IMG/VR virus record: IMGVR_UViG_3300046010_012285
Location: 6,598-70,597 of that record
Source: a virus
Lineage: Duplodnaviria; Caudoviricetes
DNA: 64,000 nucleotides
Reading direction: 5' to 3' (one strand)
Shown here: piece after piece, positions 34,901 to 44,364 of the stretch
Layout: each line of letters begins with the position of its first letter
Position numbering within the stretch: the stretch's first letter is position 1
Position numbers and translations under genes: made by a program
Notes under the pieces: generated by a model
What the model saw: the letters and a program-made list of their open reading frames with translations, nothing else
What the model was told of the DNA's origin: nothing
Database searches by the model: none

Positions 34901-36803
34901 TTTCGGAATATAGATTTAGTTCGATAAGATCGGCTCCATTATGCTGGTAATCAAAAAGCTTTTGGGTGCCAAAATGAGGTAGAAAAGCAAGGTTAAAGTA
35001 GCCTTCATAAGCGCCGTGTCCTTCCATTGTCAGCAGATTCTCCATAAAAGGGCTGAAGACAATTGCCTTATGAATGAAAGGATTGCCCTCTAAGATATTT
35101 AAATATTCAGCCTTGGTGGCAAAATAAATATTAAAGTTTGGATAAAGCTTCTTGATTGATGGCAATAAAGAAGTAGAAATAAATACGTCACCAGCGCTCT
35201 CTGGCATTACAAATAAAATTCTTCTGCCTTTGTCGTCTTTATTCAGTATGTCCGAAAATTCAATTTTAACATTTTCTTGATTCTCTTTGACGGCAACGCT
35301 TCTGAAATAATTTAAAATTTGCTGACGAGGAATTCCATTATTTAATTGACTAAGCCAGCTTTTTACTCCATCGTCATTTGCTTCGACCTTTACTTTTAAA
35401 ATATTAGCATATAGATCGATAACCCATTCTAAGTTCTGAAGATCATCCTTCCCCTTGTAGTTTGGGTCGCGAGGAATGAAAGAAGTATTAAAATCCCATT
35501 CAATTTTTGGAGCATCGTCAATAATTTTTTCAATCTGCTTGCCGATAATCTCAGCAGAAAGATTATCAATTACAAATTGTCTACCAATCTTGCCCATCTC
35601 GGCTAGTTTAGCGGGACTCATTTTATAGACTCTTTCCAGCTTTTCAGCAATTGATTCTGGAAGAGTAGTAGCTTTGATAAAATTACTACCTGGTTCGTAA
35701 TAAGGTTTCCAGTTTAGGGAAACGCCCCCGCTTTCTTCTGTGCAAAAATCTTCGCCACAAGAATAATTAGTTACCAAAGTTACAAGCTCTGTAAGCTTAG
35801 CTTCTGTAATAGGAATTTCTTGCCCACCGCTTGTGAAAGGGTGACAATAAACATCCATCAGGTTATAAACTTCGTTAAGCTGAGCTTCTGAAACTCCCTC
35901 AGTAATATTTGTAGTCTCTACCGTTCCTTTTGCTCCGCAGTATCTGCAATCAATTTTTTGTCCAGCGAATGATTTTACCTCAAACTGCTTACAGCTTTTG
36001 CAGAAGTAAGTTGTAAGAACATCTGAATTTTCAATTCCAGCGTCTTTAATTAATCGAGGAATATCCCAACCTTCCGACCAATGAGTGTGAAGCAAGAGCT
36101 TTGCTTTTACTTTAGGATTTTTATCTTTGAAGATTTTAAAACCTTGGAGAAGATTTGGAACACTCTTTCGAAGCTGGTTTCGGAAAACGAAGCCAATAAT
36201 AAACTCGTCCGAAAGGTTAAACTCTTTTCGTAGAGCAGCGCGATTTTCATCACTAAGTCTGTAAAAAGCAGAAGTTTCTCCTGCACCTCTTAATGTTTTG
36301 ATCGCCCCGTCCTCATATCCAAGACGCTTGACCTCTTTAGAAACAAAAGAGGCCCAAGCATAATAGTGCTTAACTTTTGGAATAATCCTTAAAGCATCTG
36401 GGTATATAGGTAACGAATCTAATGTAGTCCAAATCATGCAATTGTTATTCCACCATTTTTTATCAACTAAAGGAGATAAAGCCCAGATATCCTCTACGCC
36501 GATATAAAAATCCGGCTTTACTTCACTAAGTAACTGATCAATCTCAAATAAACCGTATGCAGCCGTTCTAATTTTATTCTGATCTCCACCGAGAGACTGC
36601 ATTTTTGCATTATCTGGTAGCGTTCCGTAAGCTCTCCAAGGTAGTGTTTTTAGTTCGTCAGCATCCTTGGTTTTGGCGTTAGCAAACTCAACAAGATTAT
36701 ACTTGCCGGTCTTATGCAAATAGCGAAGAACGTTCCTCATGTTCTTGCCAAAGCCAGTGAAGACTCTGCTATGGTTACTGTGGAGAACTACGGTTTTTTT
36801 CAT
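34887..36803 (-). CDS. GT4-like glycosyltransferase with Zn-ribbon insert, DUF4214-like helices and a GT9 N-terminal domain
   Basis: TGFGK, FRNQLRK, DVYCHPFTSGGQEIPITEA; CKSC/CRYC; LYANIL...GVKSWLSQL; AGDVFISTSLLPSIKKLYP. Confidence 0.8.
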   Translation of the reverse strand: MKKTVVLHSNHSRVFTGFGKNMRNVLRYLHKTGKYNLVEFANAKTKDADELKTLPWRAYGTLPDNAKMQSLGGDQNKIRTAAYGLFEIDQLLSEVKPDFYIGVEDIWALSPLVDKKWWNNNCMIWTTLDSLPIYPDALRIIPKVKHYYAWASFVSKEVKRLGYEDGAIKTLRGAGETSAFYRLSDENRAALRKEFNLSDEFIIGFVFRNQLRKSVPNLLQGFKIFKDKNPKVKAKLLLHTHWSEGWDIPRLIKDAGIENSDVLTTYFCKSCKQFEVKSFAGQKIDCRYCGAKGTVETTNITEGVSEAQLNEVYNLMDVYCHPFTSGGQEIPITEAKLTELVTLVTNYSCGEDFCTEESGGVSLNWKPYYEPGSNFIKATTLPESIAEKLERVYKMSPAKLAEMGKIGRQFVIDNLSAEIIGKQIEKIIDDAPKIEWDFNTSFIPRDPNYKGKDDLQNLEWVIDLYANILKVKVEANDDGVKSWLSQLNNGIPRQQILNYFRSVAVKENQENVKIEFSDILNKDDKGRRILFVMPESAGDVFISTSLLPSIKKLYPNFNIYFATKAEYLNILEGNPFIHKAIVFSPFMENLLTMEGHGAYEGYFNLAFLPHFGTQKLFDYQHNGADLIELNLYSENAHS

Positions 36804-37264
36804 ACTGAATGCTCAAAGAAAACACGAAGATAGTTTTCCATAAACTGGGCGATAAGCTCAGCTTCACCAAGCTCAAATCCAATTAGGAAAGACTGTTCGC
36901 CCTTCTTGATACTAAATGAAAAAGCATCTTCGCCGCTCTTTTTCTGATACGGCCCAAACATAATTGATGTTGTTGAGCCCTGATAAGCGTGAACCGTAGA
37001 AAACTTAGAACAGCATCGGACTGAACGGATGATTGACGCCGCCTCTGTTTCGTTTAGTTTAAGCGCCGCAGTCTTTTCTGGATTTTTGGCGTTCTCTGAG
37101 AATGAGCCTTTTCTAGTCTGATCGTTCCAACCAGCTTGCTTAACGAAGCTAACGTAAAGATCTGGCGCTTCTCCCTTTGCCTGATCCTTGTCCTTGTAAG
37201 AGACGTTGAAAGATACCGCTGTCCCTGTATTCGACTTGTTTGGTTTATAAAAATTAAGGCGCAT
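36800..37264 (-). CDS. hypothetical protein, possibly a PC4/Whirly-like ssDNA-binding fold
   Basis: Duplicated beta-beta-beta-alpha pattern ending LKLNETEAA and FELGEAELI. Confidence 0.35.
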   Translation of the reverse strand: MRLNFYKPNKSNTGTAVSFNVSYKDKDQAKGEAPDLYVSFVKQAGWNDQTRKGSFSENAKNPEKTAALKLNETEAASIIRSVRCCSKFSTVHAYQGSTTSIMFGPYQKKSGEDAFSFSIKKGEQSFLIGFELGEAELIAQFMENYLRVFFEHSV

Positions 37265-37315
37265 AAATCATCAGTTTAACGATGATAAATGCGCCGGTTC
37301 TGATTTAAAGAACTT

Positions 37316-37528
37316 TTATTCGATAATTACGCGAGAAACATCACCCTCATCCCACTTAGTTTCATCCATTGAGCCTTGAGCCTTTTTCTTCTTGCGGCGG
37401 TACTGAGAATAGCAAATCGCAGCGCGCTGCTTTTGATTAGGATATTCTTTGTTCATTGTCTCTGAGCCCATGCAGGAAGAAATAAAATCGTCTTCCTCTT
37501 GATTTTTCTTAGGAGTTGGGATTGGCAT
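37316..37528 (-). CDS. small phage protein with MPIP...CM...EYP...QRAAICYS module
   Basis: Module recalled from phage head-morphogenesis neighbourhoods; preceded by GTGTAA. Confidence 0.65.
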   Translation of the reverse strand: MPIPTPKKNQEEDDFISSCMGSETMNKEYPNQKQRAAICYSQYRRKKKKAQGSMDETKWDEGDVSRVIIE

Positions 37529-37538
37529 ATACTTATAT

Positions 37539-37544
37539 TTACAC
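37539..37544 (-). promoter_or_regulatory. GTGTAA motif, 10 nt before ATG 37528
   Basis: Read directly; lies immediately after a terminator. Confidence 0.55.
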
Positions 37545-37577
37545 TAAAAAAGAAAGGCTGAACTTGCGTTCAGCCTT
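37545..37577 (-). terminator. Rho-independent terminator
   Basis: Minus strand AAGGCTGAAC-GCAA-GTTCAGCCTT followed by TCTTTTTT. Confidence 0.85.
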
Positions 37578-37597
37578 GGTTTATTTAGTATTTAAAG

Positions 37598-37816
37598 TTA
37601 GCGAGCGGTGATTCTTCGACCTTGAAAAGTGACAGCCGTAACTTCGCTCTTTGCAAAGCGGCGATTGCGGCCAGAATTGCGGTCCTCGACAGTAATAAGC
37701 GAAGCGCCAAACTCTACTAGTCGAGCGTTAATAGTCTCAGTCGCTGTTTCAAGGCCGAAAAAGCGGCCTGCGGTATTTTGAATCGTATTGATTGCGCGAT
37801 TGTTCTTAGTGTTCAT
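37598..37816 (-). CDS. hypothetical protein
   Basis: Start set at MNTKNN; followed by the terminator. Confidence 0.6.
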   Translation of the reverse strand: MNTKNNRAINTIQNTAGRFFGLETATETINARLVEFGASLITVEDRNSGRNRRFAKSEVTAVTFQGRRITAR

Positions 37817-37821
37817 AGTTT

Positions 37822-38739
37822 CTATTTCCAAAGATTATAGAACTTCTGTATGCTATTATCAAGTTTTTTTTCAACAAAAAGCTTATGGCTTAGTTTATTG
37901 TAATAAGATTGTGATTTATTTATCCAGTATCTTAGCTTGATATGGTTCCTTACTCCAAACGTCATATACTCTGCAATTATTTTTGAATTGAAATAAGCGA
38001 ATATAAAAATATCAGCAGCCTGTCTATAGCTATGAAGTTTTGTTTTATCTATTTCGTATGAGTTTATAAAACTTGCAAATCCTTCATCAGAGGCGTTCAT
38101 TGTTTCACGCGCTGTCCACATATCAATATAAATATTCGCATTAGCGGCGTATTCAAAATTTATAAATTTAAATTCTTTATTTGAGTAAATAATATTTTCT
38201 GGCGACAGGTCGAAATGACACAGACCACAATCATCAATATTTGATTTATAAATAGTTCTGAAAAGAGATCTCAGAGAGCCTATCAACTGAGCAACTGGGA
38301 ACGGATCGTAAATCATTGAAGCTTCAAACGGACACATTCCGTTAAAAATCTTCACGGTTTCATCTTCATTTTTTATTTTAACTTTGTGTATTTTTTTAAT
38401 ATCTCTTGCAAATAAATTAATAAAATTTAGTTTTGAGCTTAATGGATAGTTTGATATATCAGAGACGAAAACCCCTTGTGGAAGCTCAAAGCAAAGATAT
38501 TTATTTAATTCATCTTCTTTTGAAGAAGAGATAATTTTAGGATGAAAGGAAAAATTATGCTCAGCTAACTCTTTCCAGAAGTTTGGCAATTCTGGAGATA
38601 AATTAACTTTTATTAAAAGCGGCTTTTTACCACTTACTCCTATGTAGGAGTCATATAAAACCTCTGAAGACCTTTTTTCTAAATTACTTATTTCTGTGCC
38701 AAGTTTTAATTCTATTAAACGCTTAATATCATCAAGCAT
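37822..38739 (-). CDS. choline/aminoglycoside phosphotransferase-like kinase
   Basis: CHFDLSPENII and INFEYA; start set at MLDD (ATGCTTGA overlap with the Clp stop), with an alternative ATG at 38808. Confidence 0.7.
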   Translation of the reverse strand: MLDDIKRLIELKLGTEISNLEKRSSEVLYDSYIGVSGKKPLLIKVNLSPELPNFWKELAEHNFSFHPKIISSSKEDELNKYLCFELPQGVFVSDISNYPLSSKLNFINLFARDIKKIHKVKIKNEDETVKIFNGMCPFEASMIYDPFPVAQLIGSLRSLFRTIYKSNIDDCGLCHFDLSPENIIYSNKEFKFINFEYAANANIYIDMWTARETMNASDEGFASFINSYEIDKTKLHSYRQAADIFIFAYFNSKIIAEYMTFGVRNHIKLRYWINKSQSYYNKLSHKLFVEKKLDNSIQKFYNLWK

Positions 38740-41167
38740 CTCCTTCTCGATTGGGAGAATGTCGTTGTTCTGTATTACGTGCTGAACGAAGTTTTTTTGA
38801 TTTTCCATCAACCTTGATAGCCCCGTTTTCTACTGAGACTGCAATATGATTATAAGAACCTGACGCCAAAACGTCAACGATCTTTGTTTTTAATTCATTC
38901 TCAACAAAAAAGATAACTTTTCTAGCGCCGTCGTTAGAGTTCTTTGTTTCCGCAACAACTAAGGAATATAGATGTTCTGTTACTATAAAACTAACATTCT
39001 TTTCTTTTAGGCTGTCTTTTATTTTAGACACTTCTTTCTCAGCAATCTTACGTAAAGCCTCGTCCGGCAAGGAGTTAAATACCACAACATCATTTAATCT
39101 GGCTAAAAATTCTGGGCGGAAAAACTTCTGAAGACTTTGCTTAATAGCGTCTTTAGTAAGAACTTCGGCAGGCGACTGAAAGAACCCCATTTTCTTGCTG
39201 TCTCCAAATTGAAAGCCTATATTGCCTGTTAAGATAATGATTGAGTTTTTAAAATCAAGTTTACGCCCAACTGATGTTGTAAGTTGGCCGTTATCCATTA
39301 TCTGAAGCAAAACATTAATAACATCTGGATGCGCTTTTTCGATCTCGTCAAAAAGGAATACGCTCGACGGGAACTTCTGAAGCTGTTCAGAAAGAACATT
39401 AGATTCGCCAAATCCAATGTAGCCGGGCGCTGATCCAAGAAGCTTCGTCACAGAGCTTTGCTCCATATACTCTGACATATCTAATCTGACTAAACTAGCT
39501 TCGCTACCGAAAGCTTCCATAGCTAAAGTCTTAGCCAGATAAGTCTTACCTGAACCCGTTGGTCCAAGAAACATAAAGCTACCAAGGGGGCGGTTGGGTG
39601 AAGATAAGCCAAAAGATGAACGAACGACACAATTCGATATCTTCTTCAGCGCCTCATCTTGACCAAATACGTGCTTCTGCAAGTTCGCGAAGATGTTCTT
39701 AAACTTTGAATCAGATACGTTGGAATCAATAAAGACTCCGATCTTATCGGAAAGCGCAGCGTAAAGATCTTGTTTTGTAACACTCTTGCTTGACTGCTTC
39801 ATAGAAGAAAACCAGTGATTATACTTATCTTCGTATTCTTTTAATACGAAAGTGATATCGTCGTCTTCTGATGTTTCGGCAATTTTCTTTTCCAAATCCT
39901 TAAAGAATAAGGGTCTGGCATATACCTTTATTTTAGACTTTGAGCCAACGTGATCCATAAGGTCGATAGCCTTATCTGGGAATCTTCTGTTTGTAATATA
40001 CTTAGCACAAAGATCAACAACGCCCTCTAGAATACTATCTGGATAAGATACAGCGTGAAAAGCTTCATAATGCTGCTTGATGTTTTTAAGTATTTTTAAA
40101 GTATCTTCTTTTGAAGGCTCCTTAATAAATAACGGCTCAAAGCGGCGATTCATCGCGGAATCATTCTGGAAATACTTCTCGTATTCTTTCTGAGTTGTTG
40201 CTCCGATACAGCTAATCTCGTCACCAGCAAGGTACGGCTTTAAAATATTGGAAGCATCAAGAGAGCCTTCGTCATTGCCAGTTCCACTAATTGTATGAAT
40301 CTCGTCAATAAACAAAATAATATTCTTTTGCGCCTTTACTTCATTAAGAATCTTATGCAGACGCTCTTCAAATTGGCCGCGAAGATTAGTTCCAGAAACA
40401 AGCGCGGTCATATCTAGCTGTAAAACTATTTTACCTAAAAGAAACTCTGTGCAATCACCGGACACAATATTTTTTGCTAGTAAGCCTACAACTGCGCTTT
40501 TTCCTACGCCCGCTTCTCCAACAATAATTGGATTTTTCTTCTGCTTGCGACAAAGAATCTCAGACATTTGCGCCACTTCCTTTTCTCTGAAACAAATAAG
40601 GTCAAAGTCGCCCTTCATAGCCTTCTCGTTATAGTTTATGCAATAATTTTTAATCGCTACTGACTTTAAACTTGAGTCTGAAGCTGGCGCAGATGTCGGA
40701 GCTTTCTTCTTTGGGTTAGAGATATTCTTACACCCAGAGTCAATTTTTTGGACAATAAATCCAATGTCGATGCCATTTTTCTTAAAAAACTTTTTAATAA
40801 ATGGCGAATGAGTAAGTGCAGAGCGGAAAATATGCTCTACTCCAGTATAGTTTTGATTATATTGCTTGGAGTATGTTAAAGATTCGTTAATAATTTTGCT
40901 TGCAGTAGTTGTAAATTCAACATTTTCCTTTGCGGCACCTTTGACGATAGATGGCAACGCTTTCCAAACAAGCTCTGCAAGCTCTTGAGGAGAGATCTTA
41001 ATCTCGACAAAAGCCGAATTAACGATCATCGACTCTGATTTCAGCACAGCATAAAAGAGGAAGTCATCGCTGATTTCAGCGATTTTCTTTTCTATGCAAG
41101 CCTGTTTAGCAACATCTAAGACTCTTTTGGCCTTTGGAGTGAAATTGATTTCTTGCACTCTATTCAT
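38732..41167 (-). CDS. ClpA/ClpC-type Hsp100 ATPase
   Basis: Two Clp-N repeats, GEAGVGKS, LFIDEIH, RRF, GPTGSGKT, FLFDEIEKAHPDV, MGF ClpP-docking loop. Confidence 0.93.
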   Translation of the reverse strand: MNRVQEINFTPKAKRVLDVAKQACIEKKIAEISDDFLFYAVLKSESMIVNSAFVEIKISPQELAELVWKALPSIVKGAAKENVEFTTTASKIINESLTYSKQYNQNYTGVEHIFRSALTHSPFIKKFFKKNGIDIGFIVQKIDSGCKNISNPKKKAPTSAPASDSSLKSVAIKNYCINYNEKAMKGDFDLICFREKEVAQMSEILCRKQKKNPIIVGEAGVGKSAVVGLLAKNIVSGDCTEFLLGKIVLQLDMTALVSGTNLRGQFEERLHKILNEVKAQKNIILFIDEIHTISGTGNDEGSLDASNILKPYLAGDEISCIGATTQKEYEKYFQNDSAMNRRFEPLFIKEPSKEDTLKILKNIKQHYEAFHAVSYPDSILEGVVDLCAKYITNRRFPDKAIDLMDHVGSKSKIKVYARPLFFKDLEKKIAETSEDDDITFVLKEYEDKYNHWFSSMKQSSKSVTKQDLYAALSDKIGVFIDSNVSDSKFKNIFANLQKHVFGQDEALKKISNCVVRSSFGLSSPNRPLGSFMFLGPTGSGKTYLAKTLAMEAFGSEASLVRLDMSEYMEQSSVTKLLGSAPGYIGFGESNVLSEQLQKFPSSVFLFDEIEKAHPDVINVLLQIMDNGQLTTSVGRKLDFKNSIIILTGNIGFQFGDSKKMGFFQSPAEVLTKDAIKQSLQKFFRPEFLARLNDVVVFNSLPDEALRKIAEKEVSKIKDSLKEKNVSFIVTEHLYSLVVAETKNSNDGARKVIFFVENELKTKIVDVLASGSYNHIAVSVENGAIKVDGKSKKLRSARNTEQRHSPNREGDA

Positions 41168-41173
41168 TTACAC
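41168..41173 (-). promoter_or_regulatory. GTGTAA motif abutting the Clp start (an in-frame GTG lies 9 nt downstream)
   Basis: Read directly. Confidence 0.4.
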
Positions 41174-41176
41174 TTT

Positions 41177-43741
41177 TTAAGATTCTAAATCGGAAAGCTT
41201 AGTATAAATTTTCTCGTTCAAGATTGATAGTGTATTTAAAAATATAGAGTCCTCAGACTTATTTCCGTACACAATAACAATCTCATCTTCCTTTGGTGTG
41301 CGGCCTTCACCTTCATAATACCTTGTCATATTATCTTGGCGACCATCCATCAACCGGCAGGAGATCTGACCATATTCATCAGAAAGCTTAATAAACAGAT
41401 AGTTGTTACCGTTTCTGCTAGTCTTCTTTCGCGCTTCTTTAACAATCCCAACCATCTTGACTGCCTGTCTAGGCTCTGATTGCAGTACTTCGTAGCTGGT
41501 AAGCAGTGCATCAGAATCAGTATCTTGGAATACTTCCTTCAGCTTGTAGGTGTAGCTGTAGCCAAGAAGACGCTTTTCAAAGAACCAATTAGCGAACTTC
41601 TCGTATTTTTTATTCATTTCATAAATACGTTTAAATGGCTCGTACTTATTTTTAAAAGTATTGTAGCGTTTTTCAGACATTAGGAGCTTTCCATCATCTG
41701 CGGTCTGCTTATTCTTCATCGCTTCTGAGATAGTTGTCAATACATCGTGCCCATATTTTGGCGCAAGAAGTTTTACATTTCTCTTTTCTCTGTCAGTAAG
41801 CGCATTATAAGTCTGAGCTTCAAGCACCAATCTGCAACGCTTTTCTGTAAAGCTAGATAGAGTTCCAGCTTGAATCAGTGCAGAAAGAACACCAATATTT
41901 AATCCAGCTTCTTTTGCGCCATCGAAGCAGTCGATCTTGTTTGAGAACTCGCCCTGACGAAACTCAAGTAGCTTGGATAGGATCTTGTCAGATACTCCTT
42001 TGATTGCATTGAGTCCAAAGCGGATATTATCGCCTTCAATTTCAAAGTCTGGCTTAGACTTAACCAAGTCTGGAGCAAGAAGTCTGATCCCAAAGAATGG
42101 AAGCTCCTGAGACACCGCCTCAATCTCTTCGTGCGGATCTGGCTCATGTCTGGAGGACTTCAGTAGGGCTAAGAAGAATTCCTTGGGATAATTAAACTTT
42201 AAAAACGCGGTCAGCGCCGAAAGTGTTGCGTAGCTAGCTGCGTGAGAAAGATTGAACGAATAATTCGCACTGTCTTCGGCCACCTTCCAGAGCACTTCTG
42301 CAACTTGCGAATCAAGACCACTCTCTCTTACCTTATTGGTAATCTTCTCTTTCCAAGCTGGCATCTCGCTAACCTTCTTCTTGCCAATGATTCGGCGCAC
42401 AGTCTCAGCTTCATCAAGAGTAAACCCTACCTTTACGATCATCTTCATCAACTGTTCTTGGAAGATTGGAATACCTCCAGTAATACTTAGGATGTCGTCA
42501 AAGAATGGGTGGACGGATTGGAACTCACCGCTTTCGATGTATCTGGCGTACTGATCTAGGAAGTCCAAAGCACCGGGGCGAGCGAGCGACAATACGCACG
42601 CAAGCTCAAGCATATTTCTTGGCTTAACCTTTTTACAAACGTGGAAGTTGGTATTGGCCTCGATCTGGAACAGACCTTTTGGATTCTTTAGATCTTGCAA
42701 GAATCCGTAAGTCGATGGCTGATCAAAATTAACTGTTTTAAAATCAAGCCCGAGTCTTTGGCAAGTATCGAATACAACAGATAGGGTTCTCAGACCCAAA
42801 ATATCAAATTTGACAGTGATGTCGGATACGTTGTTCATATCATATCCAGATACAATTTCACCGTCGCCGGTCTTTTGGAGCGGCATGATATCCTCGTTGT
42901 TGTAAAAGGAGATGGAGATGCCAGATGGGTGAACGCCAGTATTCTTGTTTAATCCCTCAATTTTCTTAGCAATCTTAAATACCTTTGGGTTTTTATTACA
43001 AAAAGCCCTGAAGATTTCGCTCTCATCATAAGCATCTTTGAGCGCAAAGACCTTACCGAACTGTTTTGGTATAGAGTCGCTTACAGCGTTTACCTCATCT
43101 TCGCTCATCTCGCCAACAATCTTGCCGCACTCCTTAATGCAGAGTTTGCCAGTCAATGTATTCATCGTCAAGATCTTACAGGTCTTGCCAGAATACTTTG
43201 TCTTAATGTAATTGATTACATCCTGACGACGCGAGAACTCGATATCATTATCTACGTCAGGCATCAGAGATCCATCGAGATAAGTTACCCCATCAACGAC
43301 AATCTTCTTAGCTCTGCTCTTTGAAACGAATCGCTCAAAGAATAATCCGTTCTTAATCGGATCTACATTGGTGACGCCAATAAGAAAAAGAATAAGCGAG
43401 CCAGCAGCAGAGCCGCGCCCATAACCAGTAGGAATGCTATGCTCGTGAGCATAATTAAGAATGTCCCAATTAAGCAGGATATAGTCAGTGAAGCCCAGTT
43501 CTTCAAAAACTGAAAGCTCGTACTTTGCTCGTTCATAATATTCTTTTTTATTGTCAAGCTTGTCGATCCCTTTTTCTTTGACTGCCTTGAGGCAGAGTTG
43601 ACGGAGGAATTCATAATTAGAAACAGAAGATGAGACGCCAAGCTTCTCGTAGTGGCGGGTATCGATTTTGATTTCGGGGAGACGAACACCGGGCGGAACT
43701 GGATGCTCGTACTTCTGGAAACTGCTATTAAAATCAGTCAT
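41177..43741 (-). CDS. dnaE: DNA polymerase III alpha (family C) lacking the PHP domain
   Basis: GYGRGSAAGSL, FERF, PDVDND, GVHPSG, KFDILGL, GLFQIE, RPG, IFQEQLM, YSFNLSHA, C-terminal OB fold. Confidence 0.95.
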   Translation of the reverse strand: MTDFNSSFQKYEHPVPPGVRLPEIKIDTRHYEKLGVSSSVSNYEFLRQLCLKAVKEKGIDKLDNKKEYYERAKYELSVFEELGFTDYILLNWDILNYAHEHSIPTGYGRGSAAGSLILFLIGVTNVDPIKNGLFFERFVSKSRAKKIVVDGVTYLDGSLMPDVDNDIEFSRRQDVINYIKTKYSGKTCKILTMNTLTGKLCIKECGKIVGEMSEDEVNAVSDSIPKQFGKVFALKDAYDESEIFRAFCNKNPKVFKIAKKIEGLNKNTGVHPSGISISFYNNEDIMPLQKTGDGEIVSGYDMNNVSDITVKFDILGLRTLSVVFDTCQRLGLDFKTVNFDQPSTYGFLQDLKNPKGLFQIEANTNFHVCKKVKPRNMLELACVLSLARPGALDFLDQYARYIESGEFQSVHPFFDDILSITGGIPIFQEQLMKMIVKVGFTLDEAETVRRIIGKKKVSEMPAWKEKITNKVRESGLDSQVAEVLWKVAEDSANYSFNLSHAASYATLSALTAFLKFNYPKEFFLALLKSSRHEPDPHEEIEAVSQELPFFGIRLLAPDLVKSKPDFEIEGDNIRFGLNAIKGVSDKILSKLLEFRQGEFSNKIDCFDGAKEAGLNIGVLSALIQAGTLSSFTEKRCRLVLEAQTYNALTDREKRNVKLLAPKYGHDVLTTISEAMKNKQTADDGKLLMSEKRYNTFKNKYEPFKRIYEMNKKYEKFANWFFEKRLLGYSYTYKLKEVFQDTDSDALLTSYEVLQSEPRQAVKMVGIVKEARKKTSRNGNNYLFIKLSDEYGQISCRLMDGRQDNMTRYYEGEGRTPKEDEIVIVYGNKSEDSIFLNTLSILNEKIYTKLSDLES

Positions 43742-44364
43742 ACGTTTACCTCCATAATAAGCTTACGGAAGATCTTATAATTCATTGTGATATCGTAAAG
43801 CGCGTTGTGCAGCTTGCTTGGATCGTGATCTATGGCAAAGTGCTTCAGCATAAAGCCTTGACTGGTCTTCAATCCCTTCTCGTAAAAATTCATAAGCTTC
43901 ATTTGCCAAGGCAAGAGGTCGCCAGATGGCTGGATTCCTTTAAACATTGCAGTAGACAACGCACGGGTGTCAACACATCGGCTCAAAAAACTCCAATCGT
44001 TCTTGATCCCGATTGTATTCATCATCGTGTTTAAGATATAAATATCGTAGTTAAGGATATTTTGCCCTACAAGTAGGTTGTTGCTATCATAAAGATAAGG
44101 CGCGAACGTCTGCCATACTTCAAGCGGAGCCTTGGCCTTAGACAAGTAATCGGCGTGATTAAAGCCGGTTATTCTAGCTGCTTCTGGCGATACATTTAGA
44201 TCAGGATACAGAACGAACTCATCGTGAGACTCAAGGATCTTATCGCCTTGGCAAACGATCCAAGATAGCTGCCAAGGGCGCGAAGCAGTCAAAGACAAGC
44301 CTTCGGTCTCAGTATCAAATACTACAAACTTCTGATTAAGATTTTGTTTTAAAAGGGTATTCAC
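43738..44364 (-). CDS. DEDDh 3'-5' exonuclease (DnaQ-like)
   Basis: VFDTETEG, GQNILNYD, HNALYD; GTGA and ATGA overlaps with both neighbours. Confidence 0.88.
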   Translation of the reverse strand: MNTLLKQNLNQKFVVFDTETEGLSLTASRPWQLSWIVCQGDKILESHDEFVLYPDLNVSPEAARITGFNHADYLSKAKAPLEVWQTFAPYLYDSNNLLVGQNILNYDIYILNTMMNTIGIKNDWSFLSRCVDTRALSTAMFKGIQPSGDLLPWQMKLMNFYEKGLKTSQGFMLKHFAIDHDPSKLHNALYDITMNYKIFRKLIMEVNV

